NCBI RefSeq assembly: GCF_055900595.2
Contig: NZ_CM148325.1
DNA: 64,000 nucleotides
Reading direction: 5' to 3' (one strand)
Below, piece by piece: positions 8,815-19,642 of the stretch. Below the pieces are notes generated by a model. That model saw only the letters and a program-made list of their open reading frames with translations. It searched no databases and was not told the origin of the DNA. The stretch's first letter is position 1. Each line of letters begins with the position of its first letter. Made by a program: the position numbers and the translations under genes.

Positions 8815-10393
8815 TTATATCGAATGTGATTACAATCGGTGGCGGCGGCACAGTTGGTGTGGCGGCCTCAGTCCGGAACAATTTGAAAACCAGAATCTCG
8901 CTTAGGCCTGTGTCCATATTACGTGGGTAGGATCACCGCACTCTTGACATAAGAGTGCGGTCCGTGGAAAACGGAGTTGAAAAAATGGTGTCTGAAAGAA
9001 GGTACCATCATTGCGATGACAAACACTTTGGCGTGGATAATGTAATTAATTGCTGAAATTGACCGTATATGCGGTAAGACTCATATCAGTATCAGGTCCG
9101 GTTAATTGCTGATACTGACATAAACTTTTTACAAAAGGATGAATGCAGAAGGTTACTCTAATGGCCAGAGTGATGACAATGATGGTCAGACGTTGACCTG
9201 CAGAAACTGCATTTTAATTGGTCTATAAAGTCTGCAAGAGGAATCAGGGCCAGATCAGTGAGTCTTATCGCGGCCCGAAGCTATGACTGAAAGAAGGCTG
9301 GATACAGAATTGCAACAATTTGGCAATGTCAGAACACAGAAGCTTTGCAAGCAGGTGAAAGGTTATGTCTAGCAAAAGGAGTATATCAGAATACATCTAC
9401 TGATGTATAAAACACAACAATAGCTTCATGATATATAAATACGTGATGACGAGTGGTACTCCGCATGGTTATTTAACTTCTCAGCACCACTAATGATCCT
9501 GAGCAACTTCGTATTTGGGCCATTGCCATGGAGTAGAAAGCTGTGTCTGAGAATGCAGAATTTGAGAAAAGAATTCGCTTTCTTGGAGAGCTTCTGAAAA
9601 TGGCACGCTAACAACGTTTTGTTAAAAAATGTGAATCACTTGCCGAGGCTGCATTTTCTATTCGAGGAGAATGTTGACGTAGATATTACAGAAATCTCAG
9701 CGCATCAGGATAAACTGCTACCTTAGGTCAACCACCAAAAGAAAATACAATACGTCCAGTTTGTATGCCTTTAATAACACATCTTTTAAATGTTGAAGAA
9801 TTATCCCGCCTGCTGAAGAACGTTGCTCTGAGTGTGATAAACCTTTTTATTCTTGATGATGTCAGCGAGAAGATGGAATATATCCCCGACTGGGTCGTGG
9901 TTACCCGGTTAAACATCTGGTGGCGCTAATAAATCTGGCAAGTCACATTCTGTTGAATGCTGTGACAGTGCCTTACCGAGAGAGCGAAATTGTGGTGTTC
10001 TAGTGCATAGTCGCCACCATTCCGGATAATTCTATTGCGTTGTTTTACAAGTTCTTTTACAGCGCAGATCTGTCGTTGACGTTGAATCAATAGCCTGGAT
10101 TTCAGAACACAATGCCCGTTTGCTGGTTGGTCCGGCAGTAGCATTAATTCATTATCTGAATGAAATGTGTCAATCCACAGAAACCGCTGTCAATGACGCA
10201 TTTTGTCGGACGTTAACACGAGGAAGTCTGGCTATTCCACAATGCCATCTTCTTTCGTAATGGATTGAGAATGCTGGATTTTTAATTATATTACGCGCAG
10301 TATTGATCGTGTAAATGTTTTGCGGTCAGCAATGGTGGGGGATCCATTGTTCTGTTCAATGAATACCATCATACAATTGAATCAGGAGTCGGT

Positions 10394-10939
10394 ATGATGA
10401 TTTTGGTGACGGGGGGCGCACGGAGCGGGAAGAGTCGCCACGCAGAGGCGCTTATTGGGGACTCTTCACAGGTTCTGTATATCGCCACCTCGCAAATCCT
10501 TGATGACGAGATGGCTGCACGGATAGAACATCATCGGCAAGGCCGTCCGGCGCACTGGCGCACGGTGGAGCGTTGGCAACATCTTGATGAATTAATTCAT
10601 GCAGACATTAACCCGCATGAAGCTGTGTTGCTGGAATGCGTTACCACAATGGTGACTAATCTGTTGTTTGATTATGGCGGCGATAAAGACCCTGATGAAT
10701 GGGATTATCAGGCGATGGAACAGGCGATTAATGCTGAGATTCAGTCGTTGATTGCTGCCTGCCAACGTTGCCCCGCAAAGGTTGTATTAGTGACTAACGA
10801 AGTGGGAATGGGGATTGTGCCGGAGAGTCGTCTGGCACGACATTTTCGTGATATTGCCGGGCGGGTAAATCAGCAGCTGGCCGCTGCGGCAAATGAAGTA
10901 TGGCTGGTGGTTTCGGGTATTGGAGTAAAAATCAAATGA
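10394..10939 (+). CDS. cobU: adenosylcobinamide kinase / adenosylcobinamide-phosphate guanylyltransferase
   Basis: 181-aa ORF with P-loop GGARSGKS; position upstream of cobS-cobT. Confidence 0.9.
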   Translation: MMILVTGGARSGKSRHAEALIGDSSQVLYIATSQILDDEMAARIEHHRQGRPAHWRTVERWQHLDELIHADINPHEAVLLECVTTMVTNLLFDYGGDKDPDEWDYQAMEQAINAEIQSLIAACQRCPAKVVLVTNEVGMGIVPESRLARHFRDIAGRVNQQLAAAANEVWLVVSGIGVKIK

Positions 10940-11679
10940 GTAAATTATTTTGGGCGATGCTCTCATTTATTACGCGTCTGCCTGTACCGCGTCGCTGGTC
11001 CCAGGGACTGGATTTCGAGCATTATTCTCGCGGTATTATTACTTTTCCTTTAATTGGATTATTGCTTGGCGCGATTAGCGGGCTGGTCTTCATGGTGCTG
11101 CAGGCATGGTGTGGCGTACCACTGGCGGCACTGTTTAGCGTACTTGTGCTGGCGCTGATGACCGGGGGATTCCACCTAGACGGCCTCGCCGATACCTGTG
11201 ATGGCGTATTTTCTGCACGTAGCCGCGATCGCATGTTGGAAATCATGCGTGATAGCCGTTTAGGTACCCACGGCGGTCTGGCATTGATTTTTGTTGTACT
11301 GGCAAAGATTTTGGTGTTAAGCGAGTTGGCTCTGCGTGGCGAACCGATCCTTGCATCGCTGGCGGCAGCATGTGCGATCAGCCGCGGGACTGCCGCATTA
11401 TTGATGTATCGTCATCGTTATGCCCGGGAAGAAGGGCTTGGCAATGTGTTCATTGGCAAAATTGATGGGCGACAAACCTGCGTCACACTCGGCTTAGCCG
11501 CTATTTTTGCTGCCGTATTATTGCCGGGTATGCATGGTGTGGCTGCTATGGTGGTGACGATGGTGGCGATTTTCATCCTCGGTCAGCTTCTCAAACGTAC
11601 GCTGGGCGGGCAAACCGGCGATACGCTGGGAGCAGCCATAGAGCTTGGTGAACTGGTCTTCCTGCTGGCACTGCTATAA
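10936..11679 (+). CDS. cobS: adenosylcobinamide-GDP ribazoletransferase (cobalamin synthase)
   Basis: 247-aa polytopic membrane ORF; ATGA overlap with cobU stop. Confidence 0.9.
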
Positions 11680-11690
11680 AGAGACGTGAC

Positions 11691-12770
11691 ATGCAAACAC
11701 TTGCCAATTTACTGAATACGATCCCTGCCATCGATCCTGCCGCTATGTCGCGTGCACAACGGCATATTGACGGGTTACTCAAACCTGTTGGTAGCCTGGG
11801 AAGGCTGGAGGCGCTTGGCGTACAACTGGCGGGAATGCCGGGGTTGAATGGCATACCGCATGTGGGCAAAAAAGCGGTACTGGTTATGTGTGCCGATCAC
11901 GGCGTCTGGGAGGAAGGGGTCGCTATTTCCCCAAAAGAAGTGACAGCCATTCAGGCTGAAAATATGACCCGCGGAACAACCGGCGTGTGTGTGCTGGCAG
12001 CACAAGCGGGCGCTAACGTCCACGTAATTGATGTTGGTATTGATACTGCTGAGCCTATCCCCGGGCTTATCAACATGCGTGTCGCACGAGGTAGCGGCAA
12101 TATTGCTTCAGCTCCGGCAATGAGTCGCCGTCAGGCTGAAAAGTTACTTTTGGACGTCATATGTTATACGCGGGAGCTGGCAAAAAACGGTGTCACGCTG
12201 TTTGGTGTAGGTGAACTGGGGATGGCAAACACGACACCGGCAGCAGCAATAGTCAGCACAATCACTGGCCGGGATCCTGAAGAAGTGGTTGGGATTGGCG
12301 CAAACCTGCCGACAGATAAACTGGCTAATAAAATTGATGTTGTGCGCCGGGCGATTACGTTGAATCAGCCAAATCCGCAGGATGGCGTTAATGTTCTGGC
12401 AAAAGTGGGTGGATTTGATTTGGTCGGAATGGCTGGCGTGATGTTAGGCGCTGCTTCCTGCGGTTTACCCGTGTTGCTGGATGGATTTCTTTCTTATGCT
12501 GCTGCGCTCGCAGCCTGCCAGATGTCTCCTGCAATCAAACCGTATCTCATTCCTTCTCACCTGTCGGCAGAAAAAGGGGCGCGTATAGCGCTGTCGCATT
12601 TGGGGCTGGAGCCTTTTCTCAATATGGATATGCGTTTAGGTGAGGGGAGTGGCGCAGCTCTGGCGATGCCCATCATCGAAGCTGCTTGTGCGATATACAA
12701 CAACATGGGCGAACTTGCTGCCAGTAAAATTGTTCTACCGGGGAATACGACTTCTGATTTGAACAGTTAA
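11691..12770 (+). CDS. cobT: nicotinate-nucleotide--dimethylbenzimidazole phosphoribosyltransferase
   Basis: 359-aa ORF; completes cobUST. Confidence 0.9.
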
Positions 12771-12831
12771 AAACGAAAAGTCTGATAAAAGCTATACTTA
12801 ACCGATAGCTTTCGCGACTTAGGAAAGGGAC

Positions 12832-13767
12832 ATGATGCGTCGTGTAAATATTCTTTGCTCATTTGCTCTGCTTTTTGCCAGCCATACTAGCCTGGCGGTA
12901 ACTTATCCATTACCTCCAGAGGGTAGCCGTTTAGTGGGGCAGTCGCTTACTGTAACTGTTCCTGATCACAATACCCAGCCGCTGGAGACTTTTGCCGCAC
13001 AATACGGGCAAGGGTTAAGTAACATGCTGGAAGCGAATCCGGGCGCTGATGTCTTCTTACCGAAGTCAGGTTCGCAACTCACCATTCCGCAGCAACTGAT
13101 TTTGCCCGCCACTGTTCGTAAAGGGATTGTGGTTAACGTCGCTGAGATGCGTCTTTATTACTACCCACCAGACAGTAATACTGTGGAAGTCTTTCCTATT
13201 GGTATCGGCCAGGCTGGGCGAGAAACCCCGCGTAACTGGGTGACTACCGTTGAACGTAAACAAGAAGCACCAACCTGGACGCCAACGCCGAACACCCGGC
13301 GCGAATATGCGAAACGAGGGGAGAGTTTGCCCGCATTTGTTCCTGCGGGGCCCGATAATCCCATGGGGCTGTACGCGATTTATATTGGCAGGCTATATGC
13401 CATCCACGGTACCAATGCCAATTTTGGTATTGGGCTCCGGGTAAGTCAGGGCTGTATTCGTCTGCGCAATGACGATATCAAATATCTGTTTGATAATGTT
13501 CCTGTAGGTACTCGTGTGCAAATTATTGATCAGCCAGTGAAATACACAACGGAACCGGATGGTTCAAAGTGGCTGGAAGTTCATGAGCCGCTGTCGCGCA
13601 ATCGTGCTGAATATGAGTCTGACCGAAAAGTGCCATTGCCGGTAACCCCATCTTTGCGGGCGTTTATCAACGGGCAAGAAGTTGATGTGAATCGCGCAAA
13701 TGCTGCGTTGCAACGTCGATCGGGAATGCCTGTGCAAATTAGTTCTGGTTCAAGACAGATGTTTTAA
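12832..13767 (+). CDS. ldtA: L,D-transpeptidase (ErfK/LdtA)
   Basis: 311-aa ORF with signal peptide and YkuD catalytic motif (HGT...SQGCIRL). Confidence 0.85.
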   Translation: MMRRVNILCSFALLFASHTSLAVTYPLPPEGSRLVGQSLTVTVPDHNTQPLETFAAQYGQGLSNMLEANPGADVFLPKSGSQLTIPQQLILPATVRKGIVVNVAEMRLYYYPPDSNTVEVFPIGIGQAGRETPRNWVTTVERKQEAPTWTPTPNTRREYAKRGESLPAFVPAGPDNPMGLYAIYIGRLYAIHGTNANFGIGLRVSQGCIRLRNDDIKYLFDNVPVGTRVQIIDQPVKYTTEPDGSKWLEVHEPLSRNRAEYESDRKVPLPVTPSLRAFINGQEVDVNRANAALQRRSGMPVQISSGSRQMF

Positions 13768-13788
13768 GAGCGTTGGTAATTAGAAAGC

Positions 13789-13818
13789 AAAAAGCCTGCT
13801 AGAAAGCAGGCTTTTTTG
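13789..13818. terminator. bidirectional rho-independent terminator between ldtA and tRNA-Asn
   Basis: hairpin gcctgct-agaa-agcaggc flanked by A-run and T-run. Confidence 0.6.
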
Positions 13819-13822
13819 AATT

Positions 13823-13898
13823 TGGCTCCTCTGACTGGACTCGAACCAGTGACATACGGATTAACAGTCCGCCGTTCTACCGACTGAACTACAGAGGA
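13823..13898 (-). tRNA. asnV: tRNA-Asn (GTT)
   Basis: 76-nt reverse complement of tcctctgtagttcagtcggtagaacggcggactgttaatccgtatgtcactggttcgagtccagtcagaggagcca. Confidence 0.95.
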
Positions 13899-14152
13899 AT
13901 CGTGTGAACGGGGCGCATATTAATGGCAGTGCATGGTGATGTCAAAGGGTGAAATGCATTTTTTTGTTTGTTTGCTGTCAATTTCAACAAAGTGATGAGA
14001 TTTCAATCTTATTGGTAATGAACCATCGTGGTGCATACCCTCCTTTTATAGGGCAGGGGAACGCGACTGCTGGTGAAAAGAGCCAATGACGAATCTATCA
14101 TAATCTCTTATTTGACAGTTGGTTAGCTTGTACATCAACGCCAAAATAAAAC

Positions 14153-14168
14153 TGGCAAGCATCTTGCA
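14153..14168 (+). promoter_or_regulatory. candidate sigma-54 (-24/-12) promoter of nac
   Basis: tGGcaagcatctTGCa, GG-N10-GC spacing about 55 bp upstream of nac; nac is known to be NtrC/sigma-54 dependent. Confidence 0.5.
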
Positions 14169-14223
14169 ATCTGGTTGTAAGTAATGGCGGCACTTGGGCC
14201 GATTCTCAAAAACCGGAGGCAAC

Positions 14224-15141
14224 ATGAACTTCAGACGCCTGAAATACTTCGTAAAAATTGTAGATATTGGTAGCCTGACTCAGGCTGCTGAAGTATTGCA
14301 TATCGCACAACCAGCGCTCAGCCAGCAGGTTGCCACACTCGAAGGTGAGTTAAATCAACAACTTTTGATTCGCACAAAACGGGGCGTTACGCCAACAGAC
14401 GCCGGAAAAATTCTCTATACCCATGCGCGGGCCATTTTACGTCAGTGTGAGCAGGCCCAACTCGCGGTGCATAACGTTGGTCAGGCATTATCGGGGCAAG
14501 TCTCGATTGGCTTTGCGCCAGGAACCGCTGCGTCATCCATCACCATGCCCTTATTACAGGCGGTTCGCGCTGAATTCCCGGAGGTCGTTATCTATCTTCA
14601 TGAAAATAGCGGTGCAGTGCTTAACGAAAAACTGATAAATCACCAACTCGATATGGCGGTGATTTATGAGCATTCCCCTGTGGCTGGTGTATCCAGTCAG
14701 GCTTTGCTGAAAGAAGATCTTTTCCTGGTAGGAACTCAAGATTGCCCGGGGCAAAGCGTTGATGTTAATGCTATTGCACAAATGAACCTTTTTCTCCCCA
14801 GTGATTACAGCGCTGTTAGACTTCGTGTTGATGAGGCGTTTTCCCTACGGCGGCTCACGGCAAAAGTCATTGGTGAAATTGAGTCTATTGCTACGCTTAC
14901 CGCAGCGATTGCCAGCGGCATGGGCGTTGCAGTATTACCCGAATCGGCCGCGCGTTCGTTATGTGGCGCAGTAAATGGGTGGATGTCACGCATTACCACG
15001 CCTTCCATGAGTCTCTCTTTGTCATTAAATTTACCCGCCAGAGCGAACTTATCGCCACAGGCACAGGCAGTGAAAGAGTTGTTAATGTCAGTGATTAGTT
15101 CTCCAGTGATGGAAAAAAGGCAGTGGCAATTGGTGAGCTAA
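14224..15141 (+). CDS. nac: nitrogen assimilation control protein Nac (LysR family)
   Basis: MNFRRLKYFVKIVDIGSLTQAAEVLHIAQPALSQQV... matches Nac; 305 aa from internal ATG of the 315-aa ORF. Confidence 0.9.
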   Translation: MNFRRLKYFVKIVDIGSLTQAAEVLHIAQPALSQQVATLEGELNQQLLIRTKRGVTPTDAGKILYTHARAILRQCEQAQLAVHNVGQALSGQVSIGFAPGTAASSITMPLLQAVRAEFPEVVIYLHENSGAVLNEKLINHQLDMAVIYEHSPVAGVSSQALLKEDLFLVGTQDCPGQSVDVNAIAQMNLFLPSDYSAVRLRVDEAFSLRRLTAKVIGEIESIATLTAAIASGMGVAVLPESAARSLCGAVNGWMSRITTPSMSLSLSLNLPARANLSPQAQAVKELLMSVISSPVMEKRQWQLVS

Positions 15142-15242
15142 GCGTTATATCGGGATGGAATAAGATGCGGGTTTTTATTATTTGTTATGCCGGGCGTTAG
15201 ACTTTAACAATAACGGGATATCTGAACTGCCCGGAGTTTACC

Positions 15243-16193
15243 GTGAATTTCCAACAACTAAAGATAATCCGCGAAGCTGCACGTCAGGATTACAACCTGA
15301 CAGAGGTTGCGAATATGCTTTTTACCTCACAGTCAGGCGTCAGCCGTCATATTCGGGAACTGGAGGATGAACTTGGCATCGAAATATTTGTTCGACGAGG
15401 TAAGCGACTGCTGGGCATGACTGAACCGGGCAAAGCATTACTGGTCATTGCAGAACGTATTCTCAATGAAGCCAGTAATGTTCGTCGGCTTGCAGACCTG
15501 TTTACCAACGATACGTCTGGCGTTCTCACTATTGCAACGACGCATACTCAGGCACGTTATAGCTTGCCAGAGGTCATTAAAGCTTTTCGCGAACTTTTCC
15601 CGGAGGTTCGGCTCGAGCTAATCCAGGGGACGCCACAGGAAATTGCGACGTTGTTGCATAATGGTGAAGCTGATATTGGTATCGCCAGCGAGCGTTTGAG
15701 TAATGACCCGCAGCTCGTCGCCTTCCCGTGGTTTCGTTGGCACCATAGTTTGCTTGTTCCACACGATCATCCCTTGACGCAAATTACACCATTGACGCTG
15801 GAATCAATAGCGAAGTGGCCGTTAATCACTTACCGACAGGGGATTACGGGGCGCTCACGTATTGATGACGCATTTGCCCGCAAAGGTTTGCTGGCAGATA
15901 TTATATTAAGTGCGCAGGATTCTGATGTCATTAAAACCTATGTTGCTCTTGGGCTTGGGATCGGATTAGTTGCCGAACAATCCAGCGGTGAACAAGAGGA
16001 AAAGAATTTAATCCGCCTGGATACGCGGCATCTTTTCGATGCTAATACTGTCTGGTTGGGACTGAAGCGAGGACAACTTCAGCGTAACTATGTCTGGCGC
16101 TTTCTGGAACTTTGTAATGCAGGACTTTCAGTTGAGGATATCAAGCGGCAGGTGATGGAAAACAGTGAAGAGGAAATTGATTATCAGATATAG
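15243..16193 (+). CDS. cbl: LysR-family regulator Cbl (sulfonate utilisation)
   Basis: 316-aa ORF MNFQQLKIIREAARQDYNLTEVANMLFTSQSGVSRHIRELE...; CysB paralog adjacent to nac. Confidence 0.9.
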   Translation: MNFQQLKIIREAARQDYNLTEVANMLFTSQSGVSRHIRELEDELGIEIFVRRGKRLLGMTEPGKALLVIAERILNEASNVRRLADLFTNDTSGVLTIATTHTQARYSLPEVIKAFRELFPEVRLELIQGTPQEIATLLHNGEADIGIASERLSNDPQLVAFPWFRWHHSLLVPHDHPLTQITPLTLESIAKWPLITYRQGITGRSRIDDAFARKGLLADIILSAQDSDVIKTYVALGLGIGLVAEQSSGEQEEKNLIRLDTRHLFDANTVWLGLKRGQLQRNYVWRFLELCNAGLSVEDIKRQVMENSEEEIDYQI

Positions 16194-16194
16194 C

Positions 16195-16222
16195 AAAAAG
16201 CCCGCTATAAAAGCGGGCTTTT
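16195..16222. terminator. bidirectional rho-independent terminator between cbl and tRNA-Asn
   Basis: hairpin aaaaagcccgc-tataa-aagcgggctttt. Confidence 0.55.
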
Positions 16223-16230
16223 CAGAAATT

Positions 16231-16306
16231 TGGCTCCTCTGACTGGACTCGAACCAGTGACATACGGATTAACAGTCCGCCGTTCTACCGACTGAACTAC
16301 AGAGGA
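16231..16306 (-). tRNA. asnU: tRNA-Asn (GTT)
   Basis: 76 nt identical to the other asn tRNA copies. Confidence 0.95.
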
Positions 16307-16466
16307 ATCGCTGTTGAGGCACATCTTAACGGCGAAAAATCTTTTGTCAAACCCGATTTTTAATTTTCCCAACTGTTTGCCGTTTCTATCAACAGTTTGT
16401 TGCATTTGCAGACAATTTGATGGCGAAAATCTTTGCAGCTTTGCTGATTCTCCCTCATTATTTGAA

Positions 16467-17954
16467 ATGTGGTTTCACTTTCTGCAATTAAGGTCGGCTT
16501 TGAATATCTCCTCTGCTTTACGCCAGGTTGTTCACGGCACTCGCTGGCACGCTAAACGCAAGAGCTACAAAGTGTTGTTCTGGCGCGAGATAACCCCGCT
16601 TGCTGTTCCTATCTTCATGGAGAATGCCTGTGTCCTGTTGATGGGGGTTCTGAGCACTTTTCTGGTCAGCTGGCTGGGAAAAGATGCGATGGCCGGCGTG
16701 GGATTGGCGGACAGCTTCAATATGGTCATTATGGCTTTTTTTGCAGCTATCGATCTTGGTACTACTGTCGTTGTAGCATTTAGTCTCGGTAAGCGAGATC
16801 GACGACGAGCGAGGGTGGCGACGCGGCAGTCATTGGTGATCATGACGTTGTTTGCCGTACTGTTGGCAACGCTAATTCATCATTTTGGCGAACAAATTAT
16901 TGATTTCGTCGCGGGTGATGCCACGACAGACGTTAAAGCACTGGCGTTGACTTATCTGGAGCTGACCGTACTCAGTTATCCAGCAGCTGCCATCACTCTT
17001 ATTGGTAGCGGGGCACTTCGTGGTGCAGGGAATACGAAAATACCGCTACTGATTAACGGTAGCCTGAATATTCTTAATATTATTATTAGCGGCATATTGA
17101 TTTACGGCCTTTTCTCCTGGCCGGGACTGGGATTTGTCAGGGCTGGGTTGGGTTTAACCATTTCTCGTTATATTGGCGCAGTTGCAATTTTGTGGGTGCT
17201 GGCGATTGGTTTTAATCCTGCGCTAAGGATTTCGTTAAAGAGCTATTTTAAACCGCTGAATTTTAGCATTATCTGGGAAGTCATGGGGATTGGTATTCCA
17301 GCGAGTGTCGAATCAGTGTTATTTACCAGTGGTCGGTTATTAACCCAAATGTTCGTTGCCGGGATGGGGACCAGCGTTATTGCCGGAAATTTTATCGCGT
17401 TCTCAATTGCGGCTCTTATCAACTTACCCGGAAGTGCGCTCGGTTCTGCTTCTACGATCATTACAGGCCGAAGGTTGGGGGTAGGGCAGATAGCGCAAGC
17501 AGAGATTCAGTTGCGGCATGTGTTCTGGCTGTCCACTCTTGGATTAACGGCCATCGCCTGGCTAACGGCTCCCTTTGCCGGGGTTATGGCATCGTTTTAC
17601 ACCCAGGATCCACAGGTTAAACACGTCGTTGTGATTCTGATTTGGCTAAATGCTTTATTTATGCCTATTTGGTCCGCCTCATGGGTGCTACCCGCTGGAT
17701 TTAAAGGTGCTCGTGATGCCCGTTACGCCATGTGGGTTTCGATGTTGAGCATGTGGGGTTGTCGGGTTGTAGTCGGTTATGTGCTGGGAATCATGCTTGG
17801 CTGGGGTGTGGTTGGCGTCTGGATGGGAATGTTTGCCGACTGGGCTGTGCGGGCCGTGCTGTTTTACTGGCGAATGGTTACTGGACGTTGGCTATGGAAA
17901 TACCCTCGATCCGAGCCGCAAAAGTGTGAAAAAAAGCCAGTTGTGTCGGAATAA
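16467..17954 (+). CDS. yeeO: MATE-family efflux transporter YeeO
   Basis: 546-aa ORF; start assigned to internal MWFHFLQL... (495 aa) by recollection of K-12 YeeO; multiple TM helices. Confidence 0.8.
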   Translation: MWFHFLQLRSALNISSALRQVVHGTRWHAKRKSYKVLFWREITPLAVPIFMENACVLLMGVLSTFLVSWLGKDAMAGVGLADSFNMVIMAFFAAIDLGTTVVVAFSLGKRDRRRARVATRQSLVIMTLFAVLLATLIHHFGEQIIDFVAGDATTDVKALALTYLELTVLSYPAAAITLIGSGALRGAGNTKIPLLINGSLNILNIIISGILIYGLFSWPGLGFVRAGLGLTISRYIGAVAILWVLAIGFNPALRISLKSYFKPLNFSIIWEVMGIGIPASVESVLFTSGRLLTQMFVAGMGTSVIAGNFIAFSIAALINLPGSALGSASTIITGRRLGVGQIAQAEIQLRHVFWLSTLGLTAIAWLTAPFAGVMASFYTQDPQVKHVVVILIWLNALFMPIWSASWVLPAGFKGARDARYAMWVSMLSMWGCRVVVGYVLGIMLGWGVVGVWMGMFADWAVRAVLFYWRMVTGRWLWKYPRSEPQKCEKKPVVSE

Positions 17955-18054
17955 ACGACAAAATGCAGATTATTTCAGCAAACGATTTCAAATTTAAAAA
18001 ACAGGCTTTGACATTGTGGGTGGGCATCGCTAATATTCGCCTCGTTCTCACGAT

Positions 18055-18130
18055 TCCTCTGTAGTTCAGTCGGTAGAACGGCGGACTGTTAATCCGTATG
18101 TCACTGGTTCGAGTCCAGTCAGAGGAGCCA
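18055..18130 (+). tRNA. asnW: tRNA-Asn (GTT)
   Basis: tcctctgtagttcagtcggtagaacggcggactgttaatccgtatgtcactggttcgagtccagtcagaggagcca. Confidence 0.95.
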
Positions 18131-18192
18131 AATTTTAGTTTTGAGATATCTCTATGAGTCTCAGGACAGTTAAAAAATAAAAATTATTTTTA

Positions 18193-18226
18193 CCCGGTCA
18201 CTTTGTAAAAAAGTGGCCGGGTTTTT
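18193..18226 (+). terminator. rho-independent terminator downstream of asnW
   Basis: hairpin cccggtcactt-tgtaaaaa-agtggccggg followed by ttttt. Confidence 0.6.
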
Positions 18227-18583
18227 GATTTCTGTGTTTCGTGCGCTTAATCGAGTCTCACGCTTCAGTGAGCAAATTGCCCCTCCCCAACAGACATCAC
18301 GATTCACAAGGTCAAAAATTCTGTTCCATGAAGTACCGTACAAAGATAAAGAGAAAAATGCCTTATGCGGGATGTAGCAGTCGCGTCTTTATCGGGAAAC
18401 TATACGTAATTGCCACTTTGTCTTCGGTAATCAGAAAAAGAAGACCTGCCATTTTAATAAATATTATTTCTCTGGGAACGGGGATTTTTTATAAGCAATA
18501 TGACGAGTTAAACATTATATTTTTATAAGGATTATATGAGATTAAAGAAATCTGCCATAAAGACAGATTTCTTTAACATATAA

Positions 18584-19300
18584 TTAGAGATTTGCGACGT
18601 TATGATAAACTTTTTGTACATCGTCGTCATCTTCAAGGGCATCAACAAGCCCTTCAAAGATTTCTAAATCTTCTGGGGAAAGCTCAACTTCAGATTGAGC
18701 AATCATTTCTAATTCTGTTGTTGAGAACTCAGTGATTCCAGCTGCTTTTAGCGCCGCGATTCCTTTATGAAGGTCAGTAGGTTCAGTATAAATAACAATA
18801 TTACCTTCTTCTTCAGTTACATCACGAACATCAACTTCAGCTTCAAGCAAAATTTCAAAAATATGGTCAGGGTCTGTTCCTTTAAATACAATCACACCCG
18901 TATTGTCAAACATATAGCTGACAGAACCTGCCGCTCCGATATTGCCGCCTTTTTTATTGAAAATTGTGCGAACGTTAGCAATCGTACGGTTAACATTTGA
19001 AGTCAATGTCTCAGCAATAATCATTGAGCCATTAGGACCAAAGCCTTCATAACGTCCCTGTACGAACGTTTCATCTCCACCGCCTTTGGCTTTATCAATT
19101 GCTTTATCAATAACGTGCTTTGGAACTTGTGCCTGCTTTGCACGTTCAATAACGAATTTTAAAGATGTGTTTAATTCTGGATCGGGTTCACCTTGTTTGG
19201 CAGCAGCATAGATTTCTACACCGAATTTTGCATAAATTTTAGACGTTGCACCGTCTTTAGCCGTTTTTTTAGCAACAATATTGGCCCATTTACGTCCCAC
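18584..19300 (-). CDS. yeeN: YebC/PmpR-family transcriptional regulator YeeN
   Basis: 238-aa [20 protein letters not shown]... Confidence 0.9.
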
Positions 19301-19642
19301 TGGAATGATCTCCTCGAAAATTTATTTACATTACTGGTAAATCGTTAACATGTGTTAATTCAGCATATTATATCATAACAGGAAAAATCTCGTCTATTAG
19401 AAATAAAAATATTCTAAAGCCATAATCTTATATTTAATTTTATAAAAGCTAATGTTGTTGGCGGGATTTTTTATAATTGTGTTTTGAAAGCATACTTGCT
19501 TTTAATATGTGGAAATCATTAAGACGATAATAAAACTCGCATCTGCCCAAGGAAGCAAACAGCCCGCGTTTATTGCAGGCTATTTGCCAGATGTCTTACT
19601 TAATCCTTCACATCTATTTCTGATAAGAAGGTTCATAACTTA

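Larger units (their letters stand above)
7722..8935 (+). mobile_element. IS3 insertion sequence, internally deleted derivative (1214 bp versus canonical 1258 bp)
   Basis: Ends TGATCTTACCCAGCAATAGTGGACACGCGG ... CCTGTGTCCATATTACGTGGGTAGGATCA match recalled IS3 terminal repeats; orfA and orfB present; flanks agg / ccg give no 3-bp target duplication. Confidence 0.8.

Noticed and set aside
8936..10390. Three minus-strand ORFs (9426-9614, 9728-9916, 9926-10144) as genes
   Set aside because: Each is about 60-70 aa, low complexity, without RBS; the region is better explained as decayed sequence.
16205..16405. 66-aa minus-strand ORF overlapping tRNA-Asn asnU, and similar small ORFs near the other asn tRNAs
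   Set aside because: It overlaps a tRNA gene and its translation includes the tRNA sequence; artefact of ORF calling.
16314..16466. N-terminal 51-codon extension of yeeO, and similar upstream extensions of ybtX (53802), ybtQ (52103), amn (to 21253), mtfA and yodB
   Set aside because: The first start in each long ORF gives a protein longer than the known family length and overlaps the upstream gene or lacks an RBS; internal starts matching known N-termini were preferred.
18241..18528. 95-aa ORF in the AT-rich asnW-yeeN intergenic region
   Set aside because: Low-complexity, AT-rich, no RBS, no recognisable domain; more likely regulatory or terminator DNA.
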